From Nitrospira sp. (GTDB lineage Bacteria; Nitrospirota; Nitrospiria; Nitrospirales; Nitrospiraceae): 64,000 nt of DNA. A program made the translations under genes and the position numbers. The stretch is from positions 31,062 to 95,061 of the forward strand of contig VOPR01000010.1 in assembly GCA_009594995.1 (NCBI GenBank), in the 5' to 3' direction. The notes beneath the pieces were generated by a model. That model was not told the origin of the DNA, did not search any database, and saw only the letters and a list, made by a program, of their open reading frames with translations. Each line of letters begins with the position of its first letter. Position 1 is the stretch's first letter. Positions 59,785-64,000 of the stretch are shown here, piece by piece.

Positions 59785-60989
59785 ATGCCATTCCCATGGA
59801 GGGGCCGCGAAGCACCACCTACTCGGCGGCATTGGCTCCGGCTGAGTACGGCTATTACTTTGTGATCTTCTATACGGTTCTGGGAGCTCCACTGGGAATT
59901 ATCCTGATGGGAAGCATCGGCTCAGGATTTCTCCTGATTCCTGTTCTGGCGCTCTGTTTTCTCGCTCTGGGGCCTGCGATGCTCCACACCATGCAGACGG
60001 CATGGGTTCCTCTTGCCTGTGGACTCATCTATCTTTTCATCCAAATCGGGATACATGGAGAGTCCCTCTATGAACCGTACGTCTACCCATTCGGTCAGTG
60101 GATCATTTCACTGGTGATCGTTCAGGTGCTTGCTACGCATCGCCCCAACTTTTTGAACCGATTTCTCTGGTTCACGCTGTTCATGGGACTTTCCATGCTG
60201 CCCTATATGACACCGAGTCAAGGAGGAGGCTATTCCCGTGTTGCTTTGAGTGAAGAGTTGGGTTATGCGAATGCCAACGCCATGGCTGGCTGGTTTGGGT
60301 TCTGCGTAGTATGCATGGTCATCAAGGGATATTTGGAGAAGACGTTTATAGTGCGGGCGCTGTCATGGGGTCTGGCCCTCGTCTCGTTCTATGTGGTGAC
60401 ATTGACCGTGAGCCGGGGGGCGCTTCTGGCTATAACTGCCGCGCTTCTGATGGGCAGCAGGCGTTTGTTGAAAGGCGGTTTTCTGCCGCTTCTGGTGTTG
60501 GCCGGTTTTATTACGGGACTGGTGGAACTTGGAGTGTTCGATCAGGCTGTCCGGTCCTATTCGATGCGAGCGGGAGAGGAGACGGGAAGATTTCGAGTCT
60601 GGCCGTTGTTGATCGAACGATTTCTTAGCTCTCCGCTGATTGGTGTCGGCGCGTCACATCCAGGCGCAGTAACCAGTACGGGCAAGTATGTGACTCCTCA
60701 CAATAGTTTTCTTCTGTTTGCCGTGGCATCCGGATTTCTTCCACTGGTGTTGTTTTGTACCTACCTTATTCGCAGTGGCTGGGCCGCTCTCAGAACTAGC
60801 GAACTGGATCGCGATGAAACGGTATTTTATCTTCCGCTGGTCGTTTATGCCGTCTTGATCACTTGCGCCGGGAATACCGATTTCATGACACCATGGGCCA
60901 TTGTTTCCCTCGCTCTTCCAATTGCAAAAAGCGTTGTTTCGTTGAATTCTGATCAGCCTCAGTCATGGCAGCAGTCATCGAGCATCTGA
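59772..60989 (+). CDS. O-antigen ligase/Wzy-like polymerase membrane protein
   Basis: About 10 TM helices; NAN, T.SRG, GR..VW, P.IGVG and PHNSF (Wzy_C) motifs. Confidence 0.82.
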   Translation: MHALDAIPMEGPRSTTYSAALAPAEYGYYFVIFYTVLGAPLGIILMGSIGSGFLLIPVLALCFLALGPAMLHTMQTAWVPLACGLIYLFIQIGIHGESLYEPYVYPFGQWIISLVIVQVLATHRPNFLNRFLWFTLFMGLSMLPYMTPSQGGGYSRVALSEELGYANANAMAGWFGFCVVCMVIKGYLEKTFIVRALSWGLALVSFYVVTLTVSRGALLAITAALLMGSRRLLKGGFLPLLVLAGFITGLVELGVFDQAVRSYSMRAGEETGRFRVWPLLIERFLSSPLIGVGASHPGAVTSTGKYVTPHNSFLLFAVASGFLPLVLFCTYLIRSGWAALRTSELDRDETVFYLPLVVYAVLITCAGNTDFMTPWAIVSLALPIAKSVVSLNSDQPQSWQQSSSI

Positions 60990-61013
60990 ATCGCTCATCC
61001 TAGACTCTTTCCT

Positions 61014-62348
61014 ATGCGAATCCATCTCACTGAGTCCGAGCGCCGCAACGAACCATTCGTCGACTTCTCTTGCTGGTTAAAAAACCATCCTGTTCTGGCA
61101 TCAATCATTATTTTGTCTTGTGCACTATCCTTGAGAATGCTTTTTGTGTGTCGGGCGGCCACGAGCCAATTGCTTTTCCCCGATTCTGGAACATATTTGG
61201 ATCCGGCCCTGAGCCTTCTGGAGTCCGGCTCGTTTCTGAATAAGTATCAGACGCCAGAAGTGACGCGTACGCCAGGGTATCCTCTGTTCCTCGCTGCTCT
61301 CATGGCCTGTGTCGGCACAGAGTTGCGAACAGTGCTTTTCATCCAGGCTGTCATTGTGTCCGCAAGCGTTGTTGTTCTCTATTGGTTAGCCAGACATGTT
61401 CTACCACCCATGATGGCTTTCACGGGTGGTTTACTGGCTGGGCTCTCTCCTTGGGCGTCGGCAAGAGCAGGATTCCTTCTCAGCGATGGCGTATTTCTCT
61501 TGCTCCTGAGTGTACTGTTCTTTGCCATATATCTCGCCGTGCGCTATTTACGACAGCCAGGGTTGCTCATTGCCGGTGGTACTGCTATCGGATCGTTGAC
61601 CGCCGCCGTGATATTTGTGAGGCCTGTTTTTCCGCTCATCATTTTGGTGGCAGGGACCATGTTTCTGCTCCATCCCGGCAAGAAGCTTGGGGTATGGGTG
61701 CTGGTGGGAAGCATGCTGCTGAGTGCGTTGGTGCCGATGCATCTCTGGAAGATGCGCAATCTTCACGAAGCGCAGTTTAACGGCTTTAGCGATGTTTCGG
61801 GGAAAGCGGCTTGGCAATGGTTAGCCTCCAGTGTGAAAGGACAGCTAGCTGAGGCGGGCGGAGATCGCTGGATGATGCTGAAGGCCGCTGAATTGGATGA
61901 AACTCGCTGGAAGCTTTCGCTAGAGAAGGCTGATGCTGAACGGTGGAGACGAGCCACTGAAGTATTCCGTGCCCATCCCTTTGTGACGCTGTATGTCTTT
62001 ATCTGCAATGCAAGCGAGGCTCTCATCCATCCACAACCAAGCATCCTCACTCCGGCTGGATTAAATTTCCAGGGCGATTCAATTGTGCTGGGAAGCCTCT
62101 GGTGCCTGCTCATAGTATTTGCAGCGATAGGAATACGACATGTATGGGGCAGCAGACTGGAAAATGAGGCCATCGACCGAAGTTGGATTCTGGCGATGCT
62201 TGTTATTTGTTGTGTTCTAACTCTCACGGCTGGTGTGTCCTTCGGTGCTGGCGCTCGGTATAGAATGCCACTGGAATTAATTGTTCCGTTATTGGCAGGG
62301 GTGGGACTCGTGCGAATTATGACTGCGCTTGTAACCAGGCACAGTTAG
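61014..62348 (+). CDS. GT-C (ArnT/PMT-like) membrane glycosyltransferase
   Basis: PDS.TY, RTPGYPLFL, VRP, ARYRMP; multiple TM helices. Confidence 0.75.
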   Translation: MRIHLTESERRNEPFVDFSCWLKNHPVLASIIILSCALSLRMLFVCRAATSQLLFPDSGTYLDPALSLLESGSFLNKYQTPEVTRTPGYPLFLAALMACVGTELRTVLFIQAVIVSASVVVLYWLARHVLPPMMAFTGGLLAGLSPWASARAGFLLSDGVFLLLLSVLFFAIYLAVRYLRQPGLLIAGGTAIGSLTAAVIFVRPVFPLIILVAGTMFLLHPGKKLGVWVLVGSMLLSALVPMHLWKMRNLHEAQFNGFSDVSGKAAWQWLASSVKGQLAEAGGDRWMMLKAAELDETRWKLSLEKADAERWRRATEVFRAHPFVTLYVFICNASEALIHPQPSILTPAGLNFQGDSIVLGSLWCLLIVFAAIGIRHVWGSRLENEAIDRSWILAMLVICCVLTLTAGVSFGAGARYRMPLELIVPLLAGVGLVRIMTALVTRHS

Positions 62349-62432
62349 AAACCCGTCAGGGAAACTGCTAAGAAAACCCGCCAGATTACCACGAGCCAAC
62401 ACTTGTGGGCGTCGTCAATATTGAGTGACATC

Positions 62433-63611
62433 ATGGATCGATTATCCCCCCAGTCTGAGGAGAAAGCGGCTATCGGCGCACGGTTGTTGGGCACACCCCT
62501 GGTGGAAAAATCAGGCTGCCGTCTGCTTTATGTGGTAGGTCAGCTCGGTCTTGGGGGACAAGAGCGTCAGCTATTCTACCTTCTGCGCACGATGGATTTT
62601 AAGTGTTACCGTCCCACAGTGGCGATTTGGAACTCCTCATCAGCCGATGTCTACGCACAGGAAATTGCCGGGCTTGGAATTCCCATTTACACGTTTCCGG
62701 AGAAATCATCCAGCCATGAAAAGCTGCGTCGCCTCTGCTTATTGGTTAAACGTTTGAATCCCGAATTGGTTCATTCGTATAGCTTTTTTACAAATTTTCC
62801 CACCTGGTGGTCCACACTTGGTACGAAGGCCATCTCTATAGGGTCTATCCGCAATAACTTTGTGAATGACCGTCGATTGGCGGGAAGAGTATTCGGGCTC
62901 CTAAGTGCCGGATGGCCAGACAGACAAATTTGCAATAGTGCCGCGGCCCAAAGAGCGGCGGCCGCCGCCTGTTGGCCATTCAAGCCTCAGCGATTGCAAG
63001 TAGTTAGAAATGGGCTAGACATTAAAACATTCACGCCGAGGCATACTTCAGAACAGAAAAAACTACCACTGTTGGCGATTGGTCGCCTCTTTCCTGAGAA
63101 GCGATGGGATAGACTCATTACGGCTGTGAGTGTATTGGCGAAAACCGGAGAAACATTGCAGGTGCGATTAGCCGGCGATGGTCCGCTTTTCCACGCGCTG
63201 AATGCGCAGGCTAAGCGTCTCGGTGTGGATCACCTGATAGAATTCCTTGGTCCCAGGAGAGATATCGGAGAGTTGTTAGCTGATTCGAGGTTTCTGGTTC
63301 ATACCGCCGTAGAAGAAGGCTGTCCGAATGTGGTGATGGAGGCTATGGCTTGTGGACGGCCGGTTGTTGCCATGGATGCAGGTGATATTTCCCATCTTAT
63401 GGAGGACGGCCTGACCGGATTTGTGGTTCGTCAGGATGACCAGGAAACTCTCGCTAACCGGATGAGACTGTTGCTCAACAACGACGAACTGTGTGTACGC
63501 ATGGGACAGGCGGCACGGGCAAAGGCAGAGCGGGAATTCAGCTTAGACCGCTTGGTGAAGGAAACGCTTAACGCTTATCGGCTGGCCGGTTGGAATGATG
63601 CGGGTGGATAG
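62433..63611 (+). CDS. GT4 glycosyltransferase
   Basis: L.LGG.ERQL, NS, V.NG.D, GRL.PEK, EG.PNVVMEAMACG.PVV. Confidence 0.92.
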   Translation: MDRLSPQSEEKAAIGARLLGTPLVEKSGCRLLYVVGQLGLGGQERQLFYLLRTMDFKCYRPTVAIWNSSSADVYAQEIAGLGIPIYTFPEKSSSHEKLRRLCLLVKRLNPELVHSYSFFTNFPTWWSTLGTKAISIGSIRNNFVNDRRLAGRVFGLLSAGWPDRQICNSAAAQRAAAAACWPFKPQRLQVVRNGLDIKTFTPRHTSEQKKLPLLAIGRLFPEKRWDRLITAVSVLAKTGETLQVRLAGDGPLFHALNAQAKRLGVDHLIEFLGPRRDIGELLADSRFLVHTAVEEGCPNVVMEAMACGRPVVAMDAGDISHLMEDGLTGFVVRQDDQETLANRMRLLLNNDELCVRMGQAARAKAEREFSLDRLVKETLNAYRLAGWNDAGG

Positions 63612-63618
63612 AGTGAGT

Positions 63619-64000
63619 ATGGTACGTAACATAGTGACACCTGCGTGGCGAAATACCGACCGTGTGCGAGTACTTGCGGTGACAAACATGTATCCCGCCT
63701 CTGATACTCCGCACTCGGGACGTTTTGTTCAGCAGCAGATTGAGGGGCTCCGTCGGATTGGTGTCGAAGTCGAGGTGCTGTTTGTCGACCGAGCTCGAAA
63801 GGGGATGCGGGTTTATGCGGAGCTTCCGGCGCTGGTCACTGAGAGCATAGCAAAATTCCAGCCTGATCTAGTCCATGTGATGTATGGTGGAATTATGGCC
63901 AGGATTGTTGCGCAGGTAGTAACAGACCGCCCGGTCGTGGTGAGCTTTCATGGTTCTGATCTGTTAGGCCAGCCGTTCGAGCGGTTGAGTCGAAGAATTT
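63619..64000 (+). CDS. GT4 glycosyltransferase, TuaC-like (3' end outside window)
   Basis: Hand translation: RVLAVTNMYP...G.FV.QQI.GL...PDLVH..YG...PVVVSFHGSD. Confidence 0.85.
   Translation, partial: MVRNIVTPAWRNTDRVRVLAVTNMYPASDTPHSGRFVQQQIEGLRRIGVEVEVLFVDRARKGMRVYAELPALVTESIAKFQPDLVHVMYGGIMARIVAQVVTDRPVVVSFHGSDLLGQPFERLSRRI

Noticed and set aside
1-64000. CRISPR arrays, cas genes, rRNA, prophage, reverse transcriptase or known defence operons
   Set aside because: No regularly spaced direct repeats or diagnostic proteins were seen by eye; the HNH gene has no methyltransferase, array or IscB/Cas9-like domains.

Overview
Bacterial chromosome segment, probably Nitrospira (inferred from gene content, gene order and GC-rich coding style; not proven). 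Positions 1-43,300 are mostly core genes: small redox/Fe-S genes and an HNH nuclease; alr-frr-pyrH-tsf-rpsB; argJ-argC; rpsI-rplM preceded by two DUF151 nucleases; tRNA-Leu; a tetrapyrrole operon (ccsA-hemA-hemC-cobA/hemD-CBS-hemB) running into ribF-tilS-hpt-ftsH-folP-glmM-comEC; then mtnA, ndk, gcvH-lpdA-comEA-tyrS and tRNA-Gly. After tRNA-Gly, a visibly more AT-rich surface-polysaccharide locus runs to the window end. It carries a LuxR regulator, a NusG paralog, a solo IS3-OrfA-like HTH protein, two short OPX proteins, a beta-barrel, Wzm/Wzt, many glycosyltransferases, an AsnB-like amidotransferase and a Wzy/ligase-like protein. No CRISPR array, rRNA, integrase or intact IS was seen. Best leads: (1) a possibly domesticated IS3 OrfA in the regulatory head of the polysaccharide operon; (2) a dual-OPX/beta-barrel/ABC export module; (3) a CIRCE-like operator on the DUF151-DUF151-rplM-rpsI promoter; (4) an HNH nuclease behind an enhancer/IHF/sigma54-like architecture; (5) an orphan secreted protein with a strong promoter and palindromic operator; (6) a TPR lipoprotein fused to a probably inactive PgaB-like glycoside hydrolase domain. 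All family calls come from motif recognition by eye; no database searches were run.
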